Shown: positions 12,509 through 26,476 of the stretch, piece after piece
How positions within the stretch are numbered: position 1 is the first letter of the stretch
Layout: the number at the start of each line of letters is the position of its first letter
From: Amoebophrya sp. A120
Taxonomy: Eukaryota; Protista; Dinoflagellata
Assembly: GCA_905178155.1 (NCBI GenBank)
Contig: CAJINV010000026.1
Span: forward strand, 1 to 60,621
Length of the DNA stretch: 60,621 nt
Reading direction: 5' to 3'
The notes under the pieces: generated by a model
Told to the model about the DNA's origin: nothing
The model's database searches: none
Seen by the model: only the letters and a program-made list of their open reading frames with translations
Made by a program: the position numbers and the translations under genes

Positions 12509-15500
12509 CTATTGTCATCTATGCATAATTGTATAAAGAAGGTTTTGCTCGTCGGTAGTTAGACCAAGGTAAAAACATTTGTCACAATCACAAATGTCCC
12601 TACCTCTAATTCCCTACACAAGTTCATCACCCTGACTCATGTTGAGCGAAATAAAATGCAAGTCTGTACAAGCAATTTTTCCTACAACCAGTGCAATAGT
12701 TTTGCAGTGCATATTGATGGACCGCAGCTATCCGCTGCTCGAATGTTGATTTCTGCTCCTGCAGTTCTTCATTTTGCTTTTCGATTGTAGCTTGGAGCTC
12801 GTCCTGCGAAGCGTTTGCACGCCAATATCAAACAGCGCAAACCCAATGTTTCTCGAGCCTGAAAAGAGAAAGAAACCACTGTCGCTTGAGTACTCAACAT
12901 GCGTAAAAGAAAAAAAGGTCATGAGTGCCTAACCAAAAGTTCCAAAGCATCTTGCTCGCGGTTCTTGATCTTTTCAGAACCCGGCGAAACATAATTTGCA
13001 AAAAGCATATGTCCAGACGCCGCAGGAGATCTTTGATAATGGCGTCTTGCTGCTTCTTTGCGGTTGTGGAATCAAAGCGGGCTGCACCATCCCGTGGAAG
13101 TACGTCGGGGCGTGCAGAAATCCATCTTTCTACTGCAGGACCGCCCCAAGATCAAGTTTTCCCTTTAGTTTTTCTTAGGCGGCAAAGTCCACCAACACGA
13201 GAGCATGCATATCATGCAACTACAGTTTCAGACTATCAAGGTTTTTTTTTCGCTGAAGGTAGAAGAGGATGTCATGGTGCGTAGCGCGCGACTGTACTCT
13301 CGAGGATGTGAAGCTATGCTCGTGTCGGATAGTTTCTGTTTGTCTGTGCACCTCGGCCTTCTGGCTGGCAACCTCCGCAATCAGTTCGTCACGAGTACGG
13401 ACACATTGCTGGGGATCTGGTCGAGGTCGACCGTGGCCAAGAACGGAAGCCGCACGATATGCATCTCTCAGAGTACCGCTATTACACAGTCTCAAACTCG
13501 TCAAACAATTTCACCAGCATTATACCATCACTGTGTGAGTAGACAAGCCCTTCTGCGATTCGAGTGAAGAGCGTGAAAAGAGTCGTGAGCTTCATTGGGG
13601 TTTCATTCATCATCCTGGCAGGCAAAAAAAGAATGTCACCCACCGCTGCGGTCACCTTGCCCGAGACTGTGTCAACTTCTAACTCTGAGGGACCGAAGCA
13701 TAGATTGCCCCTGGCGGTGGTACCATGTTCGTCCTCGTCCTCCGTCGGCGCTGTACTCTTCGACCCCTCTTCTTGCAGGATCATCGTGATCAGCGCTGCC
13801 GCTGCACCACGCGGCGGCACGGAATAAACTAACAGACAACTCGCTTAGTGCCACTGCAACTTCTGTTGCACCCACAACAAAAATCCCATTCTGTTCTGTT
13901 GTCTATCTTAAATCTCTACAGCGGTTGCTAGTGTAGTTCTAGGACAAAAAAGACCAGCACAGCCGGACCGATGCTTCTTTTCTGCGGTCTCTGCGCTAAG
14001 AAAAAAATGACAACCAATAAGCACATCTTCCGACGACTACAACAGGACATCCAAAAGAAAACAAGAACAACGAAAGAAAGGACTACTAAAGGAAAACGAG
14101 ACCGCACAGCCACGAGGAAGTGGCTAGAAAAAGCCAAAAAACCAGAAGAAGAAAAATTACGTGGTGGAGGAAGGGGATCCATCATTGTGTTCTTGATCAA
14201 GTAAGTACACTGCACTGATCGAAGGCCGACACAATAGATGGAACACCACACAGTGAATACTTTTGCGCTTAGCTCGGGCACTTGTTACGGGCCGAGGTTT
14301 CACGAGCCCTCTTCTTCTTTTCAGGAGATATTTTAACAAACACGGGTATTCATCCAGGAGTTTCAAATTTGTCGCTGATATTACTGGTAATGGTTTTTGA
14401 TGTACAGATTCAATCAGAAGCCATGAATGCATCATCTACATCAGGAGGCACCTCAAGTTAGTGTTCCAACACTAATTCATACCAAATGTTGTTTTTCGTT
14501 CGGACACCTGTAGTTTGCCATCAGTACGCTTCATGTCAGACGATAGAAGATTTGAAACTGATAGTAAAAATCGGCATCAATAAGATCCAGCAAGCAGTGG
14601 CACCCTCTTTCTCAAAAAAAGAAGTCGAGTCCCGCCCCTTGCCTGTGCATTTTCCCCAGCAGCCCCGTCGCCACACCATTCACTTGGAATGTCTGGTGCC
14701 AGGTCTGCGAGTTGTGGTCGTCACACGAAAAATGAGTAGTAGAAGAGCATTTGCATTAACATGGGATATAATTCAAAAAACTCTTTTCCGTGTCCATCCT
14801 GTTGCAGTGGCGCTCAAGCCTGAAGAAAATTTGGATTCCGTCGTGCTCGTCAAATTATTTCGGTGTCGCAATAATAAATTGTATCGCTGGGGAGGAAGTT
14901 GGTGATGATATAAACAAATGAATGGTTTTACGTTGTAAGCCACTAGAAATACGTTGTAATTGTTGGTTTGTCTGTAAATTTGCTTTCACATTGCTTGTAG
15001 TTTAGTGCTCACCACGCTATCCTATTCAATATCAATTCTTGTAAAATTTCGTTAAGGTAATCCGCTGAGGCTGACTTCCACGGACGGAACTCTTGTTTCA
15101 CACTTTTCGGGTGAGCACTTTCCCTTCAACTATCTTCGACGTGCAGATAAGTTTGATAAAGATGAAGAAAATCTAACAAATCGTTTGTGTTTCTGTTTCT
15201 GAGAGTGAGATCTAGTAGCTTCTCCCCTATGAATTATCTTCTGCTGTAGGGTTCATCGACACGTTCAGCAGAGTATCGATTTAAGCAGGACTGATGCCCG
15301 TGTAGTGACCGGCCGCCGGTCGCCAGTATTGTCTTTCTTGTGTGTGAGTACTGGTAAATCACAAAAACTTATTTGTTGATACGGTAGTACAAATTGCGTT
15401 GTCTTCGGGTTGCAGATTGTGCTCTTAGCTGCATCGCCCGTTTGTGCAGAATTTGCTGGTCGGTTGGTTCTGCGGCCGCATCGACAGAAATTATTGGTCG

Positions 15501-16475
15501 ATAGTACTGGTATACACTAGAAGTAGGTTCTATAGGTCTTTTTTTTTAAATATGTAGGTTCTGGTTAAGTTAACGTGATCTTCATCAAGTTGTTTCTCCT
15601 TCAATATATTGCTTTTATGCGATACGTGACCTCTGTTTCTCTGGTATCAAGGATGGAGTGTGGCTTAAAAGCAGGAGCGTCCCATTCTGACAAGCACATG
15701 ATGTTGTGAATCGCCTATATACAGGCCCAATCCGGGCGGCAACACTTTCAAGGCTTGAGTCGCGTAGTGTAGACGCAGCTGTCTTTTTAGGTTTCAGGCA
15801 TCGTAGCTGAAGAATAGGAAGTACTTAGCTGCAGCGCGACTATGATCTATAGAGTCTCACTCGTCAGTGTAGGTGAAAGAATCTAGTCGGCGGCGAGAAG
15901 CACCTCCGAGGACCGCAGCTGGGCTACATCATCTTGCTCGTTCAGGAACTGCAATTAGGCACTGAAAAAAGTACTTTAATATCTCGGGGCGGTGTAGAAC
16001 GAAGTAGTGTATTCAATCGAAGTCATCTCGTAATTAACATCTGCGTCGTATGAATGTGTATCAACGTGAGCCGTGCTCCTGCAGCTGCAGTATGTCATTC
16101 AAGAGGAGCAAGGGTATTTTTTCCATGATAATTATTGTTTTCACTTGAAGTTTTTTACTTCATACTTAGCAACGACGTCAAGCGTCAGTGTTGCGCCTCG
16201 TCCGAATCGGGTGCCGCATCACCTCCACCGCCACCACTCTTGCTGCTAAATATGGTGCGCAAAAACATCGTATGCTGCTTGTGCCTCTCGTCCACGGGCA
16301 CAGAATACCGAAATCACACATGGATTTAAGAAATGCACCACCATCTAAAATGGTCCGTCATCACTTTAAAGGTCACGCATGCCCAAATTTCGACTTTCAT
16401 CTAAGCTGTCACAAGTTGTTTCTATACTGCACATCAAATCGTTCCACTTATTAATTTGTTGCAACACAAGTTGCT

Positions 16476-19400
16476 CTAGTCGCATACGATCCTTTTGCAA
16501 TTCATAGTACTCGTGCCCTTCATCGAAGAAAAAATCGTCGTCGTGCTAGCGCAATCGCTCGCTACTGTCGCCCCGGTGTCATTTACTTCGTTTTCCCTTT
16601 TCGTCGGGCCATCCAGATTTTTGACGTTGTGGTCCTGTTTCCCGGTCGTACTACTACTGACGGTATCATCTGGCTCCGCGTCCATGGTCTTCGTCTTCTG
16701 CTTCATCGCCGCCTCCGTCCGCAATGCCGCTTGTCCATTTTCGTCGACCGGCTTTGCTTCCGGCGAAAGCCGCTGCGAATACATCTTCAGGAGCTCGGGG
16801 AAGGCGAGTCGCATGCTCTTCAGCTTGATACCGGCATCGGTGGTTTCCATTTTCAAGCCGTGGTTGCATTCCCGCATCAGATTCCAGAACTCCTTTTGCA
16901 GGTTCTCGTGCACCTCCTGGGTGTACTGCTCTGTCGGACTCATCGCCGCGGCGTACAGCAGGTCGTCGAAGGCGTTCATTTTCTCTGACAGAAGAAACGC
17001 GGACCGTCTGGCGGCTTCGTCCGTTTCCTCCCCCCGGTGGTAGGATCTCTGGCGCGCCATGGTGCGCAGCGGTATGATGATCTGGTTGACGAGCCGAAAT
17101 CCGTCCTTCTGCCACCGGAGTTGGCCGACCACCTGTTCCAGCGAGTTCAGCCGGCTGTCGCACAGCTGCTGGTACTTCGCCAGCGCACTGTCGTTCATCT
17201 CACTGTGTTTTATTGGCGCCTCGTCCAGCTTGTCGAGTCTGACAGACATTTCCTCCACCTTCCCGGAAAGTTGTTGCACCGTACCCGCGAGTGTCGTGTT
17301 CTCGTTCCGTAGTTGTTCGGTGCTTTCCAGCACGCGGGTGTGGTTTGCCGCGATAAGGTTGCTCTGCACTTCCCGCTCCGCCTTGTCCTTCGCCACGTTC
17401 TCGTTGGTGGCGCGGATGCTCTCCTTCACGGCCAAGATTTTGTTTTCGGTTTCCCAATTTGTGGTTGACAATTGTTGCTTCAGCTTCTCTTGGTTCGAGT
17501 TCATTTCTGCCTGCAGCCGCTCGCGCCGCTGGTTATTCACGTACCGCGCGTTCTTCTGCTCTTCGAGGACTTCAGTGCGGTTGTGTTCGATTTGGATGCC
17601 CTGCTCTTGAACGGTTCGCTCAGTTGTGGTCTGTCGGGCGGAGAGCAACGCGTTGATACCCTCCTGCACTCTCCGGTCCTTCTGTCGCTGGTAGTTCACG
17701 TCCCGGAGCCGCTCGTTGGTTTCCTGCTCCGAGACCGTCTGCCGCAAATCAAGCGCGCCAAGCTGCTTGTCTTGTCGGAACAACTCGTGCTTCACCACGG
17801 AGACATTCCTTTCGCTGTCCCGCACTGTCCTGTCGTTTTGCTTCTGCCGGCGCTCGCGATCGGCCTCGTCTGCCTCGAGTTTTGCCAGCCTTCTCTTGAT
17901 GGCTTCGGCGTCGCGCTCGGTCTGCTCGCGCTCCTCCGCACGCTCCTCCGCGACTGTCGCAAGATGCATTTTGTACTCTTCCGCCGACATTGTCTTCCAC
18001 GTTTCTCCTATCTCCTCCCGAAACTGCGCCCACTTCTGCTCCAGGATTTGCCCAATCTGCTCCATGTTGGGCTGCAGCTTCTCCATCTCCTTTCTTACTT
18101 CTTCGTGAATCTCCGGGCGCACGTAGTCTCGGAGGAAGATCGGGATCTGCTTCGCCAGCTCCTCGCGTGTGACTTTTTCCGCCACCGTGGTTGCAACCGT
18201 GGTCGCCGTCTCGGCCGCCACCGTCTGCGACACCGTAGTCGCCGTCTCGGCCGCCACCGTCTGTGCCACCGTAGTTGCCGTCTCGGCCGCCACCGTCTGT
18301 GCCACCGTAGTTGCCGTTCTCGTAACGAGATCGACGATTTTTTTTGTTGTCTGCGGAGAACATCCGCACAACTGATCAGCGCCCGCTGTGTCGCTCTTTT
18401 CGTCGGGACTGCGACCACTTGCCGGCCTGCCGCTCTCCTCGTCTTGCAGTTCCCCCTCGGAGTCACTGTTGCGGCGAGCACCATTGTAGGACGATCGCCG
18501 GCTTGTTGTCGCTGTGGAAGTACCTGGCAGCCGGGTCTGCAATCCGAGCACCGTTGTCTGCGAAATCACGGTCGGGTCTGCAATCCGAACGAAAACCGAC
18601 GCGGGGATTTCCACGCCCAACGCACGCCCAACAGTTATCCTGAGGAAAAACGCCCCCACCCCATAGTTCAAGTTGGAAAGCCTGTCATTGGTTTTGGCGC
18701 TTGCGGATGACAAGTTGTGGTGCCTGCGCGTGACAAGTTTGGAAACATAGCATGATAGTCCTGCCTAGGTACTAGCCTGGACGCATCACAAATGCATTCT
18801 CTCAGTCTTATCTAACTATCATAATTCGCGCATGACAAATTACCAATCACGATCACAAAATGCCCGTCATGCGGACAAGCCGCGTGACAGATGCTCTGAC
18901 CATGCAGATTCGCATGACAGCCCTGGGGTGGAGACGTTTTTACTCAGCATAAGAGTTTCCAAAGTCTTGGACTTCACGTTGTCCGTTAACTTCCACGTGA
19001 TTGCGGTGGCATCGGCATTGGGGTTGCGGAGGTCGCCTACATCTGTCGGTGCTCCGGTGGTCGAATTGGAGGCTTCCTCTGGCGAGATACTGGCCGGCAC
19101 CACTGCGATGTGGACCTCGGTGACGTTGCAGCCGACATTATCGTACGAAAAAAGTGTTGCACTGTAACTAAGGATTTTGCAAATTTTGCATGACAAGTTT
19201 GTACAGACATTTTGCTTGAAGAAAACTTGCCGTGCGTGGCTCCTGCCTACGGGAAAACACGGCCAGGAATAACTTACCTTGCATGTATAGCAAGACAGAC
19301 ACTTCTGCAAAGCAATGCATTTTCTGCATATCCGAATTTGCAGCGAAGCAGTTTTTTTCTTGCGATAGACGTCGCGAAATTTGTAGTCTTCCGCCTTGCC

Positions 19401-20278
19401 GAATCTCCTCACCGAATAATGACACGCCGCCATTTCTGGCGACGCATCTGGTTCGACGTAACGGACGTGGAACACCACATGATTTCCACCAATGCAATGG
19501 CATCAAATGCAAATATGTCCTGATCTGGAATATTGCCAGACTTGTCATGCTCGTCTGGCAAAGCTTTGACTTTGAGCTCCTTCTTGCGGGGCCTCGAAGA
19601 GCTCCAGTCGTATGTCATGCAAAGTCACAGCTTCTCATGCAAAACAGCTACTACACCCCACAGACCGGAGCCACAAAAAAAATGCAAATCTGTCATGTCT
19701 GACTGCGCATTACAGTGGAATATGTTGCTCACCGACATGCACTACAACTTTCCAGACCCAGACATCTTTGCAGTCTATAACAGGTACTTGTCGGTCATGG
19801 CTTCCTCGCTGTCCACCAAATATCGTTGGGAAAAAACGTCCCCACCACAGAGTTTAAGATGGGGATCTCGCAACACAAGTTCAGAAGAATTGTAAGTCAC
19901 AGATGACATCACGCACACGCTCATCTCTTTTTTATCGTGCAGTTTAGAAGGTACAGCCGCATCAAAATCATGCCATCTCTTTGTGCTTGTCCTCGTCCGG
20001 TCCACGTCCTGTTATACAGCATGACAAATCCGATTCCGAACACACGCTTGGAAACGCCTCTCATGGCGATATAAAACATGCGCAGTACCCTAGAAATGCA
20101 AATTTTCCTGCTCCTCTTCATTTCCTCTTCGTGTATGAGTATAGTGCAAATCTGCATGACAATTCTTGCGTCGGGACGTTTTTCCTCAGGATACCAAATT
20201 GAGTTTCTTCTGCCACTCGGCAGGTATCACTTTCAAATGTTGCAAGTAGTTAGTAGCACGAATTCGCGTGAGTTGCAT
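16476..20278 (-). CDS. Large coiled-coil hypothetical protein; 5' end may extend to ~21.1 kb
   Basis: 2.15-kb last exon (E/Q/R-rich) joined in frame to upstream exons across four introners (KLNL|VDSE, KYL|CIGG, FRDV|GCNV, LETL|GRAL). Confidence 0.75.
18180..18316. repeat. 36-bp coding tandem repeat (TVAAETATTVAQ)
   Basis: About 3.5 copies in the large exon. Confidence 0.85.
18636..18951. mobile_element. TIR introner, family B
   Basis: TATCCTGAGGAAAAACGCCCCC...GACGTTTTTACTCAGCATA; DR ACAGT/AGAGT. Confidence 0.9.
19139..19367. mobile_element. TIR introner, family D
   Basis: TATCGTACGAAAAAAGTG...CAGTTTTTTTCTTGCGATA; DR GACAT/GACGT. Confidence 0.88.
19501..19779. mobile_element. TIR introner, family A
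   Basis: Family A TIRs; DR AATGG/ACAGG. Confidence 0.85.
19821..20193. mobile_element. TIR introner, family B
   Basis: Family B TIRs; perfect DR CCAAA. Confidence 0.9.
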
Positions 20279-20466
20279 GGCCAGCTTGTAAAATCAAGTA
20301 TCGAGCGCAAGTGGGAAATTGCAAAACTTAGCTCGTCCCCCGGAGATGATGCCAGCACTGTATACTTCTACATTCAACTGTGTATTTAAGTACAACAGCG
20401 AGCGCGTTTCTTGTCTTCAAGCGCATTTGAGCATGTGATACCAGCGGCGCCGATCCCAGCGACCTC

Positions 20467-20719
20467 TATGGACTGCGAAAGTGTCTGGGTCTGGAAGAGT
20501 GCAAACTTGTGATGCCAATTTCAGAACAGAGAAAAATCTCTCATGCATAGATAGCAAAAGCTGCCCGCTTTCTGCCAGCAACGTGGCGGGTTTGTCATGC
20601 GAATTCGGCAATGCGGAAGCTTCTCAAAACCTGTGACGCTAGATTTTTCCATGCCAGAACTTCTGTGTCATGCAAAAACAGCATGACTCTTCCAGACCCA
20701 GACATGTTTGCAATGCATA
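20467..20719. mobile_element. TIR introner, family A
   Basis: Family A TIRs; DR ACCTC/ACCCG. Confidence 0.85.
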
Positions 20720-20812
20720 ACCCGGACGGGGATTAAATTTTTGAATCTCCCGAGCGAAATCAGACGCTCCAGCATTTCCGAGGAGATCTGTTTACTGTTC
20801 CCGTCGCTGGCC

Positions 20813-21066
20813 TATGCATTGCAAATATGTCCGGGTCTGGAAGCTTGTGATGCTAAGTGGCAAATCATGAGGACGCCAGAAGTGCCGGAGCATGACAAGT
20901 TTCTGAGTTGCTAGGTGTTGTCTATTCTGCATGGCAAGCTGCATTTCATTCTGCAACACAGAAACTTGGGGCTCTTGGGCGACGTGCATGACAGACTTGA
21001 GAGCCATGCTAACCGAGCATGGTATACTATGCGCTTTTCCCGTCCCAGACACATTTGCAGTGCATA
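20813..21066. mobile_element. TIR introner, family A
   Basis: TATGCATTGCAAATATG...CATTTGCAGTGCATA; DR TGGCC/TCGCA; host frame unresolved. Confidence 0.82.
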
Positions 21067-23078
21067 TCGCATCCAAACGGGGTCTGATTGTCGTAGTCGT
21101 CGTTGAAGAAATTATCCCCGTGTGGGCCGTGTCGGTACCACCTCATCGAGATTTTTCGGTTATTTTTCTTCCATTTCCACACAACCACGAGCATGCGTAA
21201 CAAACTAGGACATGCGAACTACAAATGCGAATCTTATCAATATATCGTGTCGCTTGATTGCCACTACCTCGGCACGCATCACAACCTCTGCGTACACAAA
21301 AGTATGCATTTCCTTTTCCTACTGGCGCAACTGAAGCATCACATGATGACGTGCAAGAATATTTACAAACTGTACATACCTGCGACGATCCCATGGTCGC
21401 GGTCGTGTCCGGTCCCAGCGGTCTGCTCCAATTGTTCCGCGGCGCGCGCAGGAACAGAGGGGCTGACCCCTTCACCACCTGATATTTATTTGAAAGCGAT
21501 TGAAAAATTTGAGTGAGCATGGTGGATCAGACGCAAGCTGAATCGCTGTCGAGCCTAAGAATAAGAAAACACGACGCATGTTGACAAATGTGAACACTTC
21601 AACTCACGCACAGAAAGTTGCAAAAAAATAATACTACCTCCTAAACCCGTTGGCCTCTCCGCTGTTCCGACCACGGACGGATGCACTGGGTCCGACTCCA
21701 TGTCTTTACGTGGTTTGCTCAATGAAGTTACGGTGTCACTTGGCAAGAGTTTCTTATTCTTTTAAGTAGTACCTATCTGGTCTTGCTACAACCAGCAAAA
21801 AAACCGTAGATAACCACCTTCCGCTATTATTGGTGTACTCAATTTTGGTCGGCGTGGAACTTCTACGGTAGTTCAAAATTGGAGACGCAGGGGAGGATTA
21901 GTTGGAGAGGCGACAGGATCGCTTTCTTGTTCTGACGTGCGAAAGAGAGATGAAAGTCCTCCTGTTCCTGATATTTACTACCAAAGTTCTACGCCGGATA
22001 AGAGAAAATCAATCCAGGTGAAATGAAGCTTGTAGGGCGAAGAGTATTGGTCATCTAAATCTTTGTGCCAGAACGAACCCAGTACGTAGTAGAAGCAGCT
22101 GTTTACGGACGTTGCAAAGTGATCAAAGACACAAAAACCGTCTCTACAGCTACAAATACGCACAGTCCGGTTGAACGTACAGGATGCAGAAGCACTTCCG
22201 CCAATTTATTACACGACCCGCAGGACAAACGAGCCCCTTTTCTATCGACGTCTGGGTCGTGAATTCAATTTGATAGTACCGTCACAGTTGTGGGTCAAGA
22301 GGTCGTATTGACTGAGGCTACTAGCACTGGCGCCGATCGATAACATACACTGCTCGCAAAACGTCAAAATGTCCCGAGGAGCTTCGATGATCGATTACGA
22401 GTCTTTCTGCGACACAAAAATTATTTTACCATAGTATATGGGTTTTCTTGTGATCTTTTCCCGTCTATCATTTCAATGTAGAAATGGACACGAGCCTTCC
22501 ATGGTATCACTATTACAACAGGCGTGTAATTGAAAGGGGATCGAAACGAATGCAACCTAAGCTAATGCGTAACAAAAAACAGGTTCCCGAGCGAATACTG
22601 ACATAATTCTAGCGTCATGTCTACTCGCTTGCCCTCTCTTTCCCTTGCCAGAAAGTGAAGAAACTCTTACGCGTGCCACGCGTCTAACGAAAAAAACACA
22701 GTACAGAAACAGGAGCACTGTTCGAACAATCTTCAGCCTTGTGGAACACACATCGTGGCTCGTTTACTCAATAGCATAGCACCCCTCTTCAGCTGCACAG
22801 AGCATCTTTCCAAAAATTGAAGATAAGTGTGTACTTCATTCATTCCTCTCGTGATGCGCGAGGCGAAGCACCAGCACAGCTGTTGAATCTACTTCATTCA
22901 TAACTGTGCGTTGCGTTATATGAGCACATAGGAATTCTATTCGACTTGGTCTCACCACGGGCACGCACTTTGTAAAAATGTAGCTCGACGACGGTTCTGT
23001 GACGCGCAACAGCGAACCTCAAAAATCAGGACCATTTTTGGCTCCCTCACCCCACCTGTCGGCTCCTCAATTCTATTG

Positions 23079-23339
23079 TCAGCACTTTGGCGCGGTGGTC
23101 CAGCCTGGCTTGAACCCATTTTTCGCGTAATTCCAATTTTGTCCGCCCTTGTCCAAGTTATCTTGAAAAATCCACTTCGCGTCGTGGGGTTTCCCATCGG
23201 ACCCCAACCGCTTCTCGTGCTGCGCCGGCGCCTGGTCCCACCGAAACTCGGCTTCGTGGTTGCCATAGTGCTTTTTGAAATCTTCTTCGTTGTACCTAGG
23301 CGTTTTTTTGGTTTTTAGATCTGGTTCAACTTCAACATT
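23079..23339 (-). CDS. Probable terminal exon of an unresolved gene
   Basis: Open protein-like frame after TTTACACAG: NVEVEPDLKTKKTPRYNEEDFKKHYGNHEAEFRWDQ...PGWTTAPKC*. Confidence 0.4.
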   Translation of the reverse strand, partial: NVEVEPDLKTKKTPRYNEEDFKKHYGNHEAEFRWDQAPAQHEKRLGSDGKPHDAKWIFQDNLDKGGQNWNYAKNGFKPGWTTAPKC

Positions 23340-23370
23340 CTGTGTAAAGATCTAGATCTTGCCCATCTCA

Positions 23371-23585
23371 CGTGAAAGTGCACAGCACCCCCCCTCACTT
23401 GTCATGCAAAATACCAGTAGATACTTAACCTTTGTTTTCCTCTTGGCACCTTTAGCATGACAGGTTCTAGCAGGAGCTCCACCAGCACTACAAATCCCTG
23501 ATGATGTCATGAAAAGCCTGCACATCTATTGCTATTCATGCCGTACAAATGCGAGGGAGGGGAAATTGTGCAGTGCACTCTCATA
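23371..23585. mobile_element. TIR element, family E
   Basis: CGTGAAAGTGCACAGCACCCCC...GTGCACTCTCATA; host frame not resolved. Confidence 0.7.
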
Positions 23586-24960
23586 TCGTCACGCGTTACA
23601 ACGAAAAGCCTCTGGCGGCAGATGATATTCCGTCCTACCATAACAAATTCTACTTTACCATTCGCCGTCGTCAGCGAGGCGATATTCGGTTTTTCCGCAG
23701 ATTCCACCCATCGTGAAAGTTTGGGTTTGCTGGGCGGGGATTGGAGTTGTATGCGCGCGGACTGTGTTCCCGGTGGTCGTCGAACGGAACCTGGCAAACT
23801 AGCGCTGCTTCTCACTTAGATCAAGACAGCGAGTGAGCTCTAGTTACACTCTGGCAGAAAAAAACAAAAATTTCAAAACTGGATATGATGGATCACAGGA
23901 CAACAAGTCTGACAAGAGCACTAGTAGTACCGCATTAAGCTTTAGTTTACTGCACGGCTACAGATGTATAAGAATCAAGGACAAGACGGCCTGCGTTTGC
24001 TTTGAGAGAACTGGTAGTAAACGTAGTTCGCTTACGCTTTAGAATTCTACACTTCCAGTTAATCACCTCATGCTCATACACTAAGTAGCACTTTTTAGTC
24101 ATAAAGACCGTCCTCGTGGTCGTGAGTACTCTCCTCACATTCAACATTGACAAATTAAGCTCCACAAGATCCTGAAACAAGAACGTCGCAGCATCATGGA
24201 TCTTCTGGTATAATGAAACTGTGCTCGCATGATGATGATCTTCACGCCATGCGTTCTTGGTGTGCTAGCACATCCACCCGTGACCACTGAATGCATAAAC
24301 GTTGTGAAGAGAGAAGTAGCAGCACTCACTCACCATAGTGTAGCTCCTTCGGCAGCTCACAGACTATTAATTTACTCCAATGATCTCGACGCTGATCATC
24401 AGTTGCCCCAGCTAGCACCTCCACCTATGGTGAGACATCAAGGCGAGGCTGTTGCTCTTGTTCAATGATCTAGGGGACACCACAGTTTTCACACGTGGAC
24501 GGATCAAGTCGGAAAGCAGCATGGAAGCAGCAAGACCACGAAAGATCCATCCCCCTCACGGAGGTGGAGCTCGAAGATCACATGATCAAGTCAATCTCAG
24601 GCTCAGCACTGCACCAGCATCGAGTTGGAATTTACAGATATGTTCTTTGCTGGACAGAACGAGAAAAAATCACACTTCGCAGAAGTGACTTGCACTGCCA
24701 TCTTTTCTTCAGGTAGAACATTGTCCTCTTGCGACTGAATCAGCCTATAGTAACTGGTTCTTCCTCCAGATTCCAGCTGGTACACTGCGAAAAATTGAAC
24801 TTATCAAGTTTCATTTGCACGCCAGAAGGGGCTACACGTTCTTGTTGATCAGTTCTACTTCGTCGCCCGGTCGGCCGAATTCGGGCGTCCGGATGACTAG
24901 CTCGGGGACCCCGCTTAGATGGTTTAGTAATACTTTGGTCATGTTAATACACCCCTCGTC

Positions 24961-26469
24961 TTAGAAGTCTGGTTTCCAGCAGCACGGGCACACCTCAGTT
25001 GTGCGTAGTAGCGCGTCTCCCCTCGACCTCGAGAAGTTACGGACACTATCAGCTGTAGGAGGTTGCAGAAAATGGATCGCGTGTGGCGGTCGCCTTGTGT
25101 CGTCCCTTCTCGGAATGCCAACAAAAACCTCGAGGCACTGGTCTCCGTCGGTGTCGTCGTCCCCGGTACTGATCAGTTTGACGACGAGGTCTTCGTTGCT
25201 CCTGCCGCATGTGATGTATTGCGCTGCGCGGATCCATGGAGACTCATCGCGCAATTTGACGCGCCTCCGGTACTGTCGCTCATGCCCTGCCACGATCATC
25301 TGTTGCCACGGCTCCGCGACCGTGTCGTGGTTGGCACTAATTTCCAGCAGTTTCTTGCACCTGGGCCTATCACCTGTAGTATTGAAAAGTGCGAAGCAGT
25401 GGCTGTCCACTTGGAAAGGGAGGTCTGCGAATTTTCTGGGCCAGTCTTTCCCAACATCGCTTTCGCGACTGATCAATCTTCAGGTTGCGGTGTTGATTGA
25501 CCGATCCCAACACTCGAAGAGGCCTGCCAACCACGACAACCGCGTTGCATCGAGCCGGGCCGGTCCTCCGTAAATGCGGATCTCCGACTCAGCTACTTCT
25601 TCTAGCTCCTCTGCGGTGTCCGCCAGCACGCCAGTGAAAGCGTACCGCTCTACACCTTCTGCGTCAACTGGGAATGGGAATCCCATGGCGCCGGAACTGA
25701 TGTTGTTCTTGCTGATGCTGGTGCGGTCTACGTATTGCATCGTCTCTAACAGCCCCGCGGCTCGCCAGTGCTGCTGCCCCTCGTCGACCAGTGCAACGAC
25801 CCAGCAGCCGCTCGAATAAAACCGGATCTGCAGGGTCGTGTCCAGGACAGTTTTTTTCTTCGCGTCGTAGATCCACACTACTCTGTGGTGCCGCGCCACG
25901 ACACGGTAGCGGCGCCCCATGTCTCGGCCGCCGAGGAACAGGGGAATCTTTTCCACGCAGCGCAGAGGACTATCGGCCCCGTCGAGGCGGCGGAAGAGGT
26001 CGGCCTTTGCGTTAGGATCCGACAATGTTCTGTATAGCTGGTGCCTCAACAGCTGGCGCGGCTTCGAGATCGGAAAGAGAAATTTTTGTCGCGGGAAGGC
26101 GGGAAACGCTAGCGTAGTCGGCGGCACGATTAAGCGGCCTCCCGCGTCGACAAACCGCACTGGAAGACGTAGAGGAACCCGTAAAATAAAATTGCCCCAG
26201 ATTGTCACGATTTCACTTTCCCGGCGCGCAGCCCTAGTGCGCTCTTCCCGCATCTTCTTCGTTCGCAACAACGCAGTTAGCCTGCTCCACCTGGCTAAGT
26301 CGCGCTGCTCCATCTGGTAAAGAAGGAGATCATTCGCTGCTGATATCCGTGTGCCAACGAAGCGGTTCCAACCCCAAATATGCATATGAACGGAGAAAAT
26401 GCAAATCCGGACACGAAGAAAGCCAGGACCTATCGTGATTTCGCCGTCTTTTTTTCCCAAGCGGGCCAA
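24961..26469 (-). pseudogene. Shorter paralog of the 977-aa protein, with one in-frame TGA at 25480-25482
   Basis: ORFs 25480-26469 and 24961-25476 share a frame. Motifs PVRFVDAGGRLIVP, DLFRRLD.ADSPLRCV and YRRRVKLRDE match the neighbouring gene. Confidence 0.65.
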
Positions 26470-26476
26470 TTCTTAG

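Noticed and set aside
12510-16400. Further exons and decayed elements (e.g. an element end at ~12713, ORFs 13220-13820)
   Set aside because: Probably coding in part, but I could not define boundaries or a consistent frame.
16495-18710. Long plus-strand ORFs
   Set aside because: Antisense shadows of the GC-rich minus-strand coiled-coil exon.
21200-23000. Short ORFs in an AT-richer stretch
   Set aside because: No recognisable protein signal or element ends; left unannotated.
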